Positions 50,951 through 62,526 of a stretch of 64,000 nucleotides of DNA are shown here, piece by piece. Position numbers and translations under genes: made by a program. Origin of the DNA: Octopus sinensis (Eukaryota); assembly GCF_006345805.1 (NCBI RefSeq), contig NC_043021.1, forward strand, positions 10,726,001-10,790,000, in the 5' to 3' direction. The notes beneath the pieces are model-generated. The model was not told where the DNA came from, searched no databases, and was given only the letters and a program-made list of their open reading frames with translations. Every line of letters starts with the position of its first letter. The stretch's first letter is position 1.

Positions 50951-53284
50951 CTAAGAAGAAAATACAATAAAAAAAAATTACTTTCATCATATGTGAATTG
51001 TAGTCGTGGTCGTCGACAGTGCCATGTTAGCGGCACCCACCTGTGAATCAGTCATGGTCGTTGCTGGTGGCACATAAAAGTACCTGTTACACTCCTGGAG
51101 TGATTGGCATTAGGAAAGGCTGTAGAAACTATACCAAGTCAGACTGCAATCTGGTACAGTTCTCCGGCTCATCAGCTCTAGTCAGACTGTCTAACCCATG
51201 CCAGCATGGAAAGCGGACATTAAATGACGACGATGATGATGATGATACATTGTCATTAAATTAAAACTCTCTTACAAACTTCTTAGAATATCATGGAATT
51301 TTCTTAAGAATATCATCATCATTTTCATTATTATTTCCATGCTGGTATGGGTCAGATGCTTTGACAGGAACTGGCAAGGCTAGGAGCCATACCAGGTCTC
51401 GTTGCCTGTTTTGGCATGGCTTCTACAGTTCCTAACACCAACCACTTTACAGAGTATACTGGGTGCTTTCTATCAGGCAATTTTCTTTACAGTTTTCATG
51501 GTGTGCAATTGAGTTTTCATCAAATAATTAAAAATAAAATACACTATAGGTTCATGATAAAAATTCCATGTCAAAATCAAGTTACAAAAATGACCAGGTG
51601 CAACCCAAAGACCCATTGTTCCAAATATACCAATCTCTGCCAAGTCAAAAACCATAATGGACACTGCAATGGGCAGTGGTTAGTCATATGGAGTGTTCTC
51701 TGACGGTCTGGGCATAGTATGCTCTTCCACCACAGTCCATTCTAATTCAGTATACAAGTAAACTCTGGTAGACTCTCAGTATACTAGAAGACTTCAGGTG
51801 GCGAGCTGGCAGAAATGTTAGCACGCTGGGCAAAATGCTTAGCGGTATCTCGTCTGCCGTTTTCTTCTGAGTTCAAATTCCGCCAAGGTCAACTTTGCCT
51901 TTCATCCTTTCGGGGTCGATAAATTAAGTACCAGTTATGCACTGGGGTCGATCTAATCGACTTAATCTCTTTGTCCTTGTTTGTCCCCTCTACGTTTAGC
52001 CCCTTGTGGGCAATAAAAAAATGACCAGTAGACTCTGATGGTTGCCAACAGCAGCTGTGGCTAAAATTAGATTCAGTGAGAGCATAAATGTGAAGGTGTA
52101 TGGCCTAGTGGTTAGAGTATTCGGCTCACGATCTTGCAATCGTGAGTTCAATTCCCAGCAACGCATTGTGTCCTTGAGCAAGACACTTTATTTCACATTG
52201 CTCCCATCCACTCAGCTGGAAAAGATGAGTAGTATCTGTATTTCAAAGGACCAGCCTTGTCACACTCTGTGCCGCACTGAATCTCCCTGAGAACTGCATT
52301 AAGGGTACACATGCCTGTGGAGCACTCAGCCACTTGCATGTTAATTTCATGAGCCGGCTGTTTTGTTGACTGGATCAACGGGAAGCCTTGTCGTCGTAAC
52401 TGACAGAGTGCCACTTATAAATGTTGCCATTCTTCTGCACTGGAGGATCTTGGTAGACCACAAAGATCTTTAACAATGGTAAACAATTAAGGATTCTGGC
52501 AAACCATGACAGACTTCAAAAATGAGAAACAGTGAAGTACCGTGGCAGACAAAGAAGATCTTTAAAATCAATGGCAGATATAAACTTAATAAATTCGATG
52601 ACTGTCACCCGTGCCAGTGGAACACTAACAGCTCCATCTGAGTGGGATCACTGCCAGAGCAGCTAACTGATTCCTGTGCAGGTGGCACGTAAAAAAACAC
52701 CATTTGAGCATGGCCGTTGCCAGTACCACCAGACTGGCCCCTGTGCCGGTGGCACATAAAAGCACCCACTACACTCTCGGAGTGGTTGGCGTTAGGAAGG
52801 ACATCCAGCTGTAGAAACTCTGCCAGATCAGTTTGGAGCCTGGTGCAGCCATTTGGTTCACTAGTCCTCAGTCAAATTGTCTAACCCATGCTAGCATGGA
52901 AAGCGGACGTTAAATGATGATGATGATGAACGATGTTTGGCTAAATGGTTAGGGTATTCGACAAACAAGTGTAAAGTTGTAAGTTTGATACCTGACGGCA
53001 TGTTGTGTTCTTGAGCAAGACACTTTATTTCATGTTGCTCCAGTCCACTCAGCTCACTCAAAAATGAGTGGTACCTATATTTGAAAGGGTTAGCCTTGTC
53101 ATATTGCTTCATGCTGAATATCCCTGAGAACTACGTTAAAGGTGTTTATGTGTCTGAGGAGAGCTCTACCACTTGCACATTAATTCTATGAGCAAGCTGC
53201 TTCTGTTAATTGGAGCTACTGGAACATTTATCATAACTGACTATCTGTATGTGTGTGTATCAAAGAACTGGTAAAGAAACAAAC

Positions 53285-53422
53285 CTGTTTGGCAATCAGG
53301 TCCTGTATAACCTGGCTTGCAGACATCATTCTCGCATAAACCAGTTTCTCTGTTGCAGAGGGTGTCATTTTCGCAATGACATGTGCCATTACAGAGCACT
53401 CCAAAGGTACCATTGGTGCAAG
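53285..53422 (-). CDS. EGF-repeat receptor, module exon 6
   Basis: tgtcag|...|gtttgt, 138 nt, phase 1-1. CTNGTFGVLCNGTCHCENDTLCNRETGLCENDVCKPGYTGPDCQT. Confidence 0.9.
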
Positions 53423-53599
53423 CTGACAATAGAAAAGAAAACAGTTCTTAAATATTCAAATACCCAATCAAATGACCTTTCTAACTTTTCTTACAAAGTC
53501 ATAATGATATCTAACACTTCTGATGCCTAGCCATTGCAGACTGCCTCTTGTTACACGATATAAAAAAACCCATCTGTTTTTAAAAATCATTTTTAACCA

Positions 53600-53850
53600 T
53601 AGTGCAATTCAAAAGCCAAGGAAAAGAATCAACAGATTCTCGTCCCAGCCGACCTGGGCCCTCTGAAAGGAAGCTTCACTGTTTGAAGAGAATTGTGGAA
53701 AACAAATCCTGTTTGAAGGCTTCTGACATTGCAAAACAGCTAGAAGTTATTCCACGAATCTGTGTTACATATCTGCATAAGCTTGGGTATTATGGATGAG
53801 CAGCTAGAAGGAAACCTCTCCTTCAACCAATTAATATCAAATAAAAGATT
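53600..53850 (+). mobile_element. Tc1-like transposase N-terminal fragment
   Basis: LKRIVENKSCLKASDIAKQL...LHKLGYYG*AARRKPLL, resembling the Tc1 HTH / ARKKPLL motif. Confidence 0.6.
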
Positions 53851-53990
53851 TTGAAAATTAACGGTGTTTATTTACTTCCTGCATGTATGTGTGTATATAC
53901 AAATTTGTAGCACCATCTAACCCATGCTAGTACGTTAAATGAATGGAGGTTTGGGGAAGAGTGGAAGAGGAAGAAGAATTAGTATGTTAC

Positions 53991-54128
53991 CTTGCTGGCA
54001 GTCTGTTCCTTGAAAACCTGATGGGCAACTGTTGTCAGGACAAGCACCTGTTAGCCTATCACAGACTGTGTTGTTGACACAATTACAATGGTGGTGACAA
54101 TTAGCTCCAAACTTCCAAGGTTCACATT
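53991..54128 (-). CDS. EGF-repeat receptor, module exon 5
   Basis: tgtcag|...|gtaaca, 138 nt, phase 1-1. CEPWKFGANCHHHCNCVNNTVCDRLTGACPDNSCPSGFQGTDCQQ. Confidence 0.9.
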
Positions 54129-54682
54129 CTGACAAAATTAACGACAAAGTTATTTTTGACTTACAAATTTACACATACACAAAATTTCTACAAATATATA
54201 TATATATATATATACTTTATAATTAGGGTTCAGCAAAGATTTGCTTTACCACATACCGAAGTTTAGAAATAACAGCCAAAAAACCTTAGCTATTTCTTCT
54301 ACTTTAAAAAGGGACTCCCAGAAAAACCAAAATACTTGAAAACAATCCACGCAGGCAGAGAGGAAAAATAGCGAAAATCAATCTATATCTGGTCACTCAA
54401 ATTAAGCCTGAAATGTAAATACACATCATAAGTTTGGTACAGTTTCTATTTCTTTTTCTCTTAACTCTCTTATTCCTTTTCCTTCTCTTTGTTAAAAGGT
54501 CATAACCCAAAACATTAGATCTGCTTCTCTTCCTTACATTGAACTAATATTTTTTTGATTGTTGAGGTTTTGTTTCATATTTCTTTGTTTATTGCACTAC
54601 CTGTTTCAATTAGTTTAACATCATATATCATTGATTATCTCTTCCTTACTTCATAATCTTCTTTGTCACTTTTTGTTATATA

Positions 54683-55310
54683 CAGGGTGCAGTGAATAAA
54701 CAGTCTAAATTATGCAAAAATGAAAATAACACTGATATCTCATTTTAACAGATATATTTACCAAAATTACATTAAAATATCTTGAAATACTAAAGAGTAA
54801 ATTTATTCAATAAAATTGCCATTGGCTTCAACCACAACCTCCAGACGACTTCAGAATCTCCTGCAGCTCTTCTGGAGGGTCTTCTTGTTTAAGTTGGTGA
54901 ATGCTACCATAATCCTTGCCTTAAATTCATCTTGGATGTTACAAGAAGTTTTGTTGGTCGCTTGCTCAACTGCACCCCACACATAATAATCAAGGGTATT
55001 GCAGTGTGGGGAGTTAGGTGGCCAGATGTTAGGGGTGATGTGGTCGCAGAAATTGTCTGACAGCCATGACTGGGTTCCCCTGCCTGTGTGGCATGGTGCA
55101 GAGTCCTGTTGCCAGACATAGGATGTTCCAGCAGCCATCCTGTTGACTCAGGGCAGCACTTCCTCCTCCAGGCACTTGATGTAGGCCTCCATGTTGAGTT
55201 TGAGGTCTCAGGCCATGTGGGAAGATGAATGGAGGCATAACGTCACCATTACTAGTAATCACTCAAAACACCATGTTGACGGAATGTTTAATTTTTATCA
55301 CTCTTGGTAC
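54683..55310 (-). mobile_element. Tc1/mariner DD37D (maT-type) transposon remnant
   Basis: WQQDSAPCH...WPPNSPHCNTLDYYVWG, with 37 residues counted between the two Asp. TA + cagggtg terminus at 54681-54689. Confidence 0.85.
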
Positions 55311-56726
55311 ATGTCCTCAGATTGACACCTAAACACTCTGAAATGTTTGTATTGGAGCTTCTGGCGTCAATGCCAAGCAGTACAGCATGTCATTTCTAAA
55401 TTTCTGGCCAAGAAGTACAGCATGCCTTTTCCAAATTGCATCATGGTGCTGTTTTTCTCACAGATGGTGCCCAACTGACCCTACTGTACTGTGTAGTCGA
55501 CAAAATCAAATACGAACTAATATAGTTCTTAACAACAAACTAATATAGTTCTTAAATATGACAGAAACAGTGGGGCTAATTCGCTGGTGTATAGGTAACA
55601 CAGTTGCGCTAACAAAGGGATGTGGGATTCGAGTCCTACGCGGATAGGAAAGCCTTCTTTTTTCTGTTGAGGGTTTATATGCCCTGTTATTAGACTAATT
55701 TCGTTAGTCAATGTATATATATAAGCTTTAAGCTTATATATATATCTTTTACTTTTTATTTCTTTCAGTTATTAGACTATGGCCATGCTGGGGCACTGCG
55801 TTGAAGAATTTTAGTTGATTGAACTGACCCTGGTATTTATCCTTTTTAAACTTTGCACATATTCTGTTGGTCTCTTTTGCTGAACCACTAAGTTGTGAAG
55901 ACATAGACACATCAACACCAGTTGTCAAGCAGACGGTGATTGTGGGACAAAGACAGACACAAAGTCATACGCACAAACACGTCGATATATATAGGCATGT
56001 CTGGCTTAGTGGTTAAGGTGTTCAGCTCATGATCGTAAGGTTGTTGGTTCGTTTACTGGCAGAGCATTGTGTCCTTGAGCAAGACACTTTATTCCTCATT
56101 GCTCCAGTCCACTCAGCTGCCAAAAATAAGTAATAGTACCTGTATTTCAAAGGGCCAGCCTTGTCATATTCTGAATCTCCCTGAGAACCACAGCCACTTG
56201 CACATTAATTTCAGGAGTAGGCTGATCCATTGATTGAATTATAGATGTCTGATAGACTTCGTTATGATGTGGGTATACATGTCTGGCGTAAAATGGTACT
56301 ATACAAATAAATAGCTCGTTCTGGTTATCTAAAAATAACCTATTGCAGAAATATAATGTTAACATGGAATGCACCCCATTATACTTGAACAAAGGTATGA
56401 TACTCAGTTTTCACTGTTCAACTACCAATTGTTAAACCAACACACGAACTAACATAGTAAACAAACACATTGTTCAGTTCTTATTTATTGTAATCAATTT
56501 GTTCCACCTTCAGTTACATAAGCATGTCCAGGATCCTTCCATGACACACACTGTTATGACGTGGGTATACATGTCTGGTGTAAAATGGTACTTACATAAA
56601 TAAATAGTCAGTTGTGGTTATCTAAATATAACATTGCATAAATATATGTCAACACTGAACGCACTCCATACTACTTGAACATAGGTTCAATACTCAGCAG
56701 AGGAATTATGTGCATTATTTACATCT

Positions 56727-57252
56727 AATAATAATGATAATAATGAAATTATTGTATGCAGTGCTCAGGTGCACCACAACTTGTCAGAAAGTGTGTATAA
56801 AGTGTAAGCAGTAATGTACAAATGTCTGGAAAACGAACAATGTATGAGTCAGATAGATGCTTGCATGTGTATGGAGGGAAGAAAATCAGGTGTAGTGTTG
56901 GCGAATCTCAGAAAGCATGGAAGTTTTGAAGGATGCAGTGCTCCGACAACTAACAACTGATGCCGGCAGTTTGTTCCATGCTTCAGCAACTCTCAGCGTG
57001 AAAAAATGTTTCTTGAAGTCATGGGAGCTGTGCTGTTTTCTGACTTTGTAAATATGCCCACGGGTGTTAGACGGGTGGAGTTCGAAAAGGTGCTCAGAGT
57101 TATTATTTGTAAGATGGTTAATAATTTTATGGGTGTCTGCCAAGTCAGCTGCCAGATGTCGGAGTTTCAATGTGTCCATGTCCAGGGAAGTAAAGCGTTC
57201 AGAATATGGCAAATGCCTGATGAAGGGTATTCTTTTGGTTGCACGTCGCTGC
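56727..57252 (-). mobile_element. CR1/L2-type LINE 3' fragment
   Basis: QRRATKRIPFIRHLPYSERF...TRGHIYKVRKQHSSHDFKKHFFTLRVAEAWNKLP...FK, then a 3'UTR and (ATT)n-like tail. These motifs are typical of the CR1 ORF2 end. Confidence 0.8.
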
Positions 57253-57285
57253 TGGCGGACATGTGTCCTCATCTTGCTTGTTGTT

Positions 57286-57331
57286 AACACAACATTTCGG
57301 CTGATATACCCTCCAGCCTTCTTCAGGTGTC
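57286..57331 (-). ncRNA. Minimal hammerhead-like motif (variant), left arm
   Basis: On -: gacac CUGAAGA a ggcug gaggguauau cagcc GAAA u guu guguu, with a perfect 5-bp stem II. Confidence 0.58.
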
Positions 57332-57569
57332 TTGGGGAAATTTTGAACCTGGGTTCTCGTTACAAAGGTATTTTTTGATATTATTATTATTATTGTTGTT
57401 CAGGTCACTGCTTGGATTCAAACTTGAAATCTTGGGGTTAAGAGTGCGGGCTACTAAACCCAAGATTCCAAGTTCGATTCCAAGCAGTGACCTGAACAAT
57501 AACAATAACAATAATAATAACATTGAAAAATACCTTAGGAATGAGAACCCAGGTTCGAAATTTCCCCAA

Positions 57570-57615
57570 GACACCTGAAGAAGGTTGGAGGGTATATCAG
57601 CTGAAATGTTGTGTT
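57570..57615 (+). ncRNA. Minimal hammerhead-like motif (variant), right arm
   Basis: Stem I gacac/gtgtt; CUGAAGA + extra A; stem II ggttg/cagct (pairs with G-U wobbles); GAAA; very short stem III A-U/G-U; triplet GUU. Confidence 0.55.
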
Positions 57616-57762
57616 AACAGCAAACAAGATGAGGACAAATATCCGTCAGATGTAAATAATGTACTTGTGAGTTTTGATTTAACAAATTATTAAATCAGTA
57701 TTTGTATTTTGGGGGGAGAGAGAGAGAGAGAAAAATATATAATTTGATAATGTTTCACTGAC

Positions 57763-57900
57763 CTTTTTGACAGTCGTTACCTTCATAACCAGGAGCACAT
57801 CCTTCACCTGAACACATGCCAGATTGAGGGTTGCATTTACTATTATCAGCACAGTGACAAGTGTGGTTACACTCAGGGCCATACGTATTGTTCTTGCAAG
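57763..57900 (-). CDS. EGF-repeat receptor, module exon 4
   Basis: ttgaag|...|gtcagt, 138 nt, phase 1-1. CKNNTYGPECNHTCHCADNSKCNPQSGMCSGEGCAPGYEGNDCQK. Confidence 0.88.
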
Positions 57901-58080
57901 CTTCAAAATCAAAATCAATTAAGTTTAATGAGTAATTCTATAAAATATATATTTCTTTAAAAAAAAACAAAAAAAAACACCAGCATCCTCGTTATCATTT
58001 AACATCCATTTTCCATGCTGGCATCGGTTAGGCAGATTGGCAGCAGCTGATAAGCCAGAGGCCTACATCAAGCTCTAATG

Positions 58081-58907
58081 CAGTGCTTCTCAACCAATTT
58101 TTTTTATCTATGGACCCCTTTGATTACCATTTTTTATTTTGGTGGAGCCCCATAGCTTCCCGATGCTTAAAAACTAGTTTTATAGAAACTTCTTCCAAAA
58201 TCCAAAACTTCTATTTTTTGTTTCATCCATCAACTTGTATTGGTTGAACTATGTAAAATGTTAAAGGAAGAAACCTAGCTGTTTCTTGCAACACATACCA
58301 AACATACATCGAAAGCAGGGGTTCTCAGCCAAAGGCGGCGAACTGGCAGAAACGTTATCATGCCGGGCGAAATGCTTAGCAGTATTTTGTCTGCCATTAC
58401 ATTCTGAATTCAAATTCTGCCAAGGTCGACTTTGCCTTTCATCCTTTCGGGGTCGATAAATTAAGTACCAGTTAATCACTGGGGTTGATGTAATCGACTT
58501 AATTCCCTTTTCTGTCCTTGTTTGTCCCCTCTATGTTAAGCCCCTTGTGGGCAATAAAAAAATAAGGGGTTCTCAACCATTTTTTTTTTATCAACAGACC
58601 CTTTTGATTACTATTTTATTCGGGTAGACTCCCATAACCATTTGATGTTTAAAAACTAGCTTTATAGAAACATCTTCCAAAGTTCCTATTTTGTTTTTCA
58701 AACATAGACTTGTGTAGGTTGAACTATATAAAACATTAACGAAAGAGACTGAGTTTTTCCTTGCAATAAATACATCAAAATCGAAATTTTTTCATGGCTT
58801 CTTAATATTCTACTGTGTGTTCCCAATTTAATATTTTGCTTGTGTGGAACACCCAAAATCTCATATAGACCCCCAAAGGACATACGAACCCCAGTTGAGA
58901 ACCACTG
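58081..58907. mobile_element. hAT-type MITE containing a second partial copy and a SINE
   Basis: 8-bp TSD ctctaatg at 58073-80 and 58908-15. Termini cagtgcttctcaacc / gttgagaaccactg. Confidence 0.8.
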
Positions 58908-59174
58908 CTCTAATGTCTGTTTTGGCATGGTTTCTATGGTTACATGCCCTTCCTTATGCCAACCACTTTAGAGAGTGCACTGGGCACTTTTTACATGGCC
59001 CTAGTGAGGTCACCAAATAACTCACAGGACAAAACCCCACCTCAACTGAGCAGTATCGAGGGAGGCAGCTTTATTCCAGTTGATGAGATGTTAAAGTATG
59101 GTAAAGGGATAAAAACAGGTGTCTAGCAGTAGAGGAGAAAGATGGCTGTTCTCCCAGCTGGAATCTTTACTTAC

Positions 59175-59318
59175 CTGATTGACAGTCTGGTCCAATGAAG
59201 CCAGCTTCACACTGGCCATGGCCACCATCACAGAATCCATTTGTCCTGTTGCACTGTGTGACATTCTTGCAGTGACATTTTCCTTCACAGTTCACTCCAA
59301 ACTGACCCTCTCCACACA
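59175..59318 (-). CDS. EGF-repeat receptor, module exon 3
   Basis: ttgcag|...|gtaagt, 144 nt, phase 1-1. CGEGQFGVNCEGKCHCKNVTQCNRTNGFCDGGHGQCEAGFIGPDCQS. Confidence 0.9.
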
Positions 59319-59636
59319 CTGCAATAGAGAACATACAGTTGGAACATAGCTCAGCTTTTGTAGAAACAATTAAAACAGAGAAATCTAGAAACTGAACAAA
59401 ATGCCAAAAAATAAGGCAAACTAAAGATTTTAAATTCTGTCAAATAGAAAAAGATAATAATAATGATGATGATGATGATTTTATTAACCCCAAAAGGATG
59501 AAAGATAAGGTCAACCTTGGTGGAGTTTGAACTCAGAATCTAAAGGTGGACGAAATGCTGCTAAGCATCTTGTCCAGCGTGTTATCAATTCTGCCAACAA
59601 ACCATCTTGATAATAATAATAATAATAATAATACTA

Positions 59637-60800
59637 ATAAATGCCCTGACGCAGTACCAGGCAGTGGCTCTCGTGTCTTCTGATCTTAACTGATTGGAAG
59701 TGTTATCATGTACATTGTTTTGTCTTGGTATAAAAGATGGGCTACAGCAAATATTCTGCTCAATACCACAGATTTGCTTGTCAGTTGTTTGACCATAACC
59801 AGTTGAGCATGTCCCTTAGTGGCTGACGATATGTGCATCTCTGACCACGAACAGAAGTAGTTGGGGAGCATCATAGCCGTGTATTGAAAGGTTTGGATAA
59901 TTCACCTGTGGAAACATGGGTGGTTCGGTCAACATCCTTAAACAATCCTTATTCAGGGACCATTTGAGTGGGATGGGCTACTCGACCAGAAGAAAATTCT
60001 AACTGGGCCCCAGCTGCAAGGTCATGTGCTGTTTATCTTGATATGAGATCATCATGTCACACACATATGGTTGTGATGTATGTGCCTAGTGTACCCTTAT
60101 CAGACGGGTAGTCATGATGGGTATACTGAGCTTCGTACATTTTACCCCAGTGTCACTTTGATGGCATGCACTGCTTTCTCACTCAATAATAATAATAATA
60201 ATGATGATGATGATGATAATAATGATGCAGCACCAGGCAGTGGGTCTCAGCTTCTGATCTCAAGTGATTGGAAGTGTTATCATGTACATTGTTTTGTCTT
60301 GGTATAAAAGATGGGCTACAGCAAATATTCTGCTCAATACCACAGATTTGCTTGTCAGTTGTTTGATCTTAACCAGTTGAGCATGTCCCTTAGTGGCTGA
60401 CAATATGTGCATCTCTGATCACGAGCAGAAGTAGCCGGGGAGCATCATAGCCATGTATTGAAAGGAAAGGGCCACTCGACCTGAAGAAAATTCTATCTGG
60501 GACCCACCTGCAAAGTCATGCAGCGTTAATCTTGATATGAGATCACCTTGTCATGCACATATATTTGTGATGCATGTTTTGGAATGGAATGAAAGCATTC
60601 CTTTTTTAAAACAATCTGTGATTGGAGATGAAAAATGGATTGTGTATGAAGACGTAGTGCAAAAAAGATCCTGGAGTTTGCGTACATATGTTTGTGATGC
60701 ATGTGCCTGGTGTATCCTTATCAGACGGGTAGTCATGATGGGTATACTGGGATTCGTATATTTTACCCCAGTGTCACTTTGATGGCATGCACTGCTTTCC
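59637..60800 (+). repeat. Two tandem copies of a ~550-bp interspersed repeat
   Basis: gcagtaccaggcagtgg...ggcatgcactgctttc at about 59650-60180 and 60228-60800. Confidence 0.85.
60578..60683 (+). mobile_element. Isolated 106-bp internal mariner transposase fragment
   Basis: WNESIPFLKQSVIGDEKWIVYEDVVQKRSW, matching the first catalytic-Asp motif (TGDEKW) of mariner. Confidence 0.75.
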
Positions 60801-60804
60801 CACA

Positions 60805-60970
60805 CAACAACAACAACAATAATAATAATAATAATAATAATGATGATGATGATGATGGTGGTGATGATGGTGGTGGTGGTGATGGTAGTGATGATGGTGG
60901 TGATGATGATGGTGATGATGATGGTGGTGATGATGATGATGATGGTGGTGGTGGTGATGATGATGATGAA
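60805..60970. repeat. (AAC)(AAT)(GAT/GGT)n trinucleotide tract
   Basis: Directly visible. Confidence 0.92.
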
Positions 60971-61034
60971 TAAATTAAATAAAAAAGAAAAAAGATATAT
61001 AAATAAAAATTTGAAAAATATTAAAAAAGCTGAC

Positions 61035-61172
61035 CTTTCTGGCAGTTTTCCCCATGGTACCCTGGTGCACATCCAACAGCCGAACAAAACCCAGATTCAG
61101 GGTCACATTGGTTATTATCGATGCAGTGGCACTGGTGTTTGCAATTTGGACCAAACTGACCCTTCTTGCATA
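61035..61172 (-). CDS. EGF-repeat receptor, module exon 2
   Basis: tttcag|...|gtcagc, 138 nt, phase 1-1. CKKGQFGPNCKHQCHCIDNNQCDPESGFCSAVGCAPGYHGENCQK. This frame is not in the ORF track. Confidence 0.9.
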
Positions 61173-61351
61173 CTGAAAGAATGGTATTTTTAACATTGAT
61201 TAACAGTTGTGATTAGGTGAAAATAATGAGGAAAATATCAACAATCAACGTCCATCTTCAATTTCTCTTATCCACATCTTTCACGACCAATTTTTACATC
61301 ACCAATTTCTGTCATTATGAGCCAGGCTCTTTTATCAATCTATCTCTATAT

Positions 61352-61570
61352 CAGTGCTTTCCAACATTTTTGCTGGAGCGGAACCCCAAGGAAACATTCC
61401 ACTGGCTCGAGGAACCCCTGTGCAATAATTTAATAGTCTTATGCACACATATCTGCACAGGAGAATTAAAAATTACTGCCGATTTTAGCAGTTTTGTAGC
61501 TTCTTGCAGAACCCCTGGACTGTACTGGCGGAACCCTAAGGTTCCGCAGAACCCTGGTTGAAAACCACTG
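61352..61570. mobile_element. hAT-type MITE
   Basis: 8-bp TSD ctctatat at 61344-51 and 61571-78. Termini cagtgctttccaac / gttgaaaaccactg. Confidence 0.82.
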
Positions 61571-62526
61571 CTCTATATCATGGTTTCAGATTCGGTCCCA
61601 GTGTATAGCATCTTGGGAAAATGTCTTCTACTCAAGCCCCAGGCTGACCAAAGCCATGTGAGTGGATTTGGCTGACAGAAACTGAAAGAAGCCTGTTATA
61701 TATATATATATGTGCGTGTGTATGTATGTGTGTGTGTGTGTAAAGACCCCGTTCGGTCATGAATGACCATGGGATTGCACCGAGAAAGTTCTCTTCTGAG
61801 GCACAAGTCCTAGCAAGGTTGTTATAGGGAAATATTCTTTTCTACTCTAGGCACAAGGCCTGAAATTTTGGGGATGGGGCCAGTTGATTAGATTGACCCC
61901 AGGATGCAAGGATGAAAGGCAAAGTCGACCTCGGCAGATTTTGAACTCAGAACATAAAGACAAATGAAATACCGCTAAGCATTTCGCCCGGTACGCTAAC
62001 ATTTCTTATTTCTTTATTGCCCACAAGGGGCTAAATATAGAGGGGACAAACAAGGACAGACAAAAGAATTAAGTCGATTACATGATTACATCGATCCCAG
62101 TGTGTAACTGGTACTTAATTTATCAACCTCGAAAGGATGAAAGGAAAAGTCGACCTTGGTGGAATTTGAACTCAGAATGCAGCGGCGGACGAAATATCAC
62201 AAAGCATTTCACCCAGCTCACCGCCTTTGTTATAGGGAAATATTACCTTGGAAATGGGTGAAGGTTGACAACACAGGAAGATTATCTGGTTGTAGAAAAT
62301 TTGCTTTGGCAGAATACCTTCTGATCCATGCCAGCACGGAAAAGTGGACATGAAAATGACAATGGTGATGATGATGATGAAAGGCCACAGGCAAAGATAT
62401 ATATATATAAAGGCTACATACAAAGATCACACTCAAGACATCATGTAAAGGTTACATACAAAGACTGCATGCATTGATGAATTGAACTGAAATGCAAAGA
62501 GAAGAACAGTAAATATTTCCACTCAC

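Larger units (their letters stand above)
57254..57647. mobile_element. Foldback (inverted dimer) of a tRNA-headed SINE-like element carrying hammerhead-like motifs
   Basis: The ~180-bp arms are near reverse complements. The right arm has a tRNA-like head (ggttaagag...ctactaa...agttcgattcc), an (AAT)n spacer, then gacac CTGAAGA a ggttg..cagct GAAA tgtt gtgtt. Confidence 0.8.

Noticed and set aside
51416-51730. Cys-containing ORFs as an eighth EGF module
   Set aside because: No frame on - shows the 8-Cys spacing or a 138-nt AG...GT exon.
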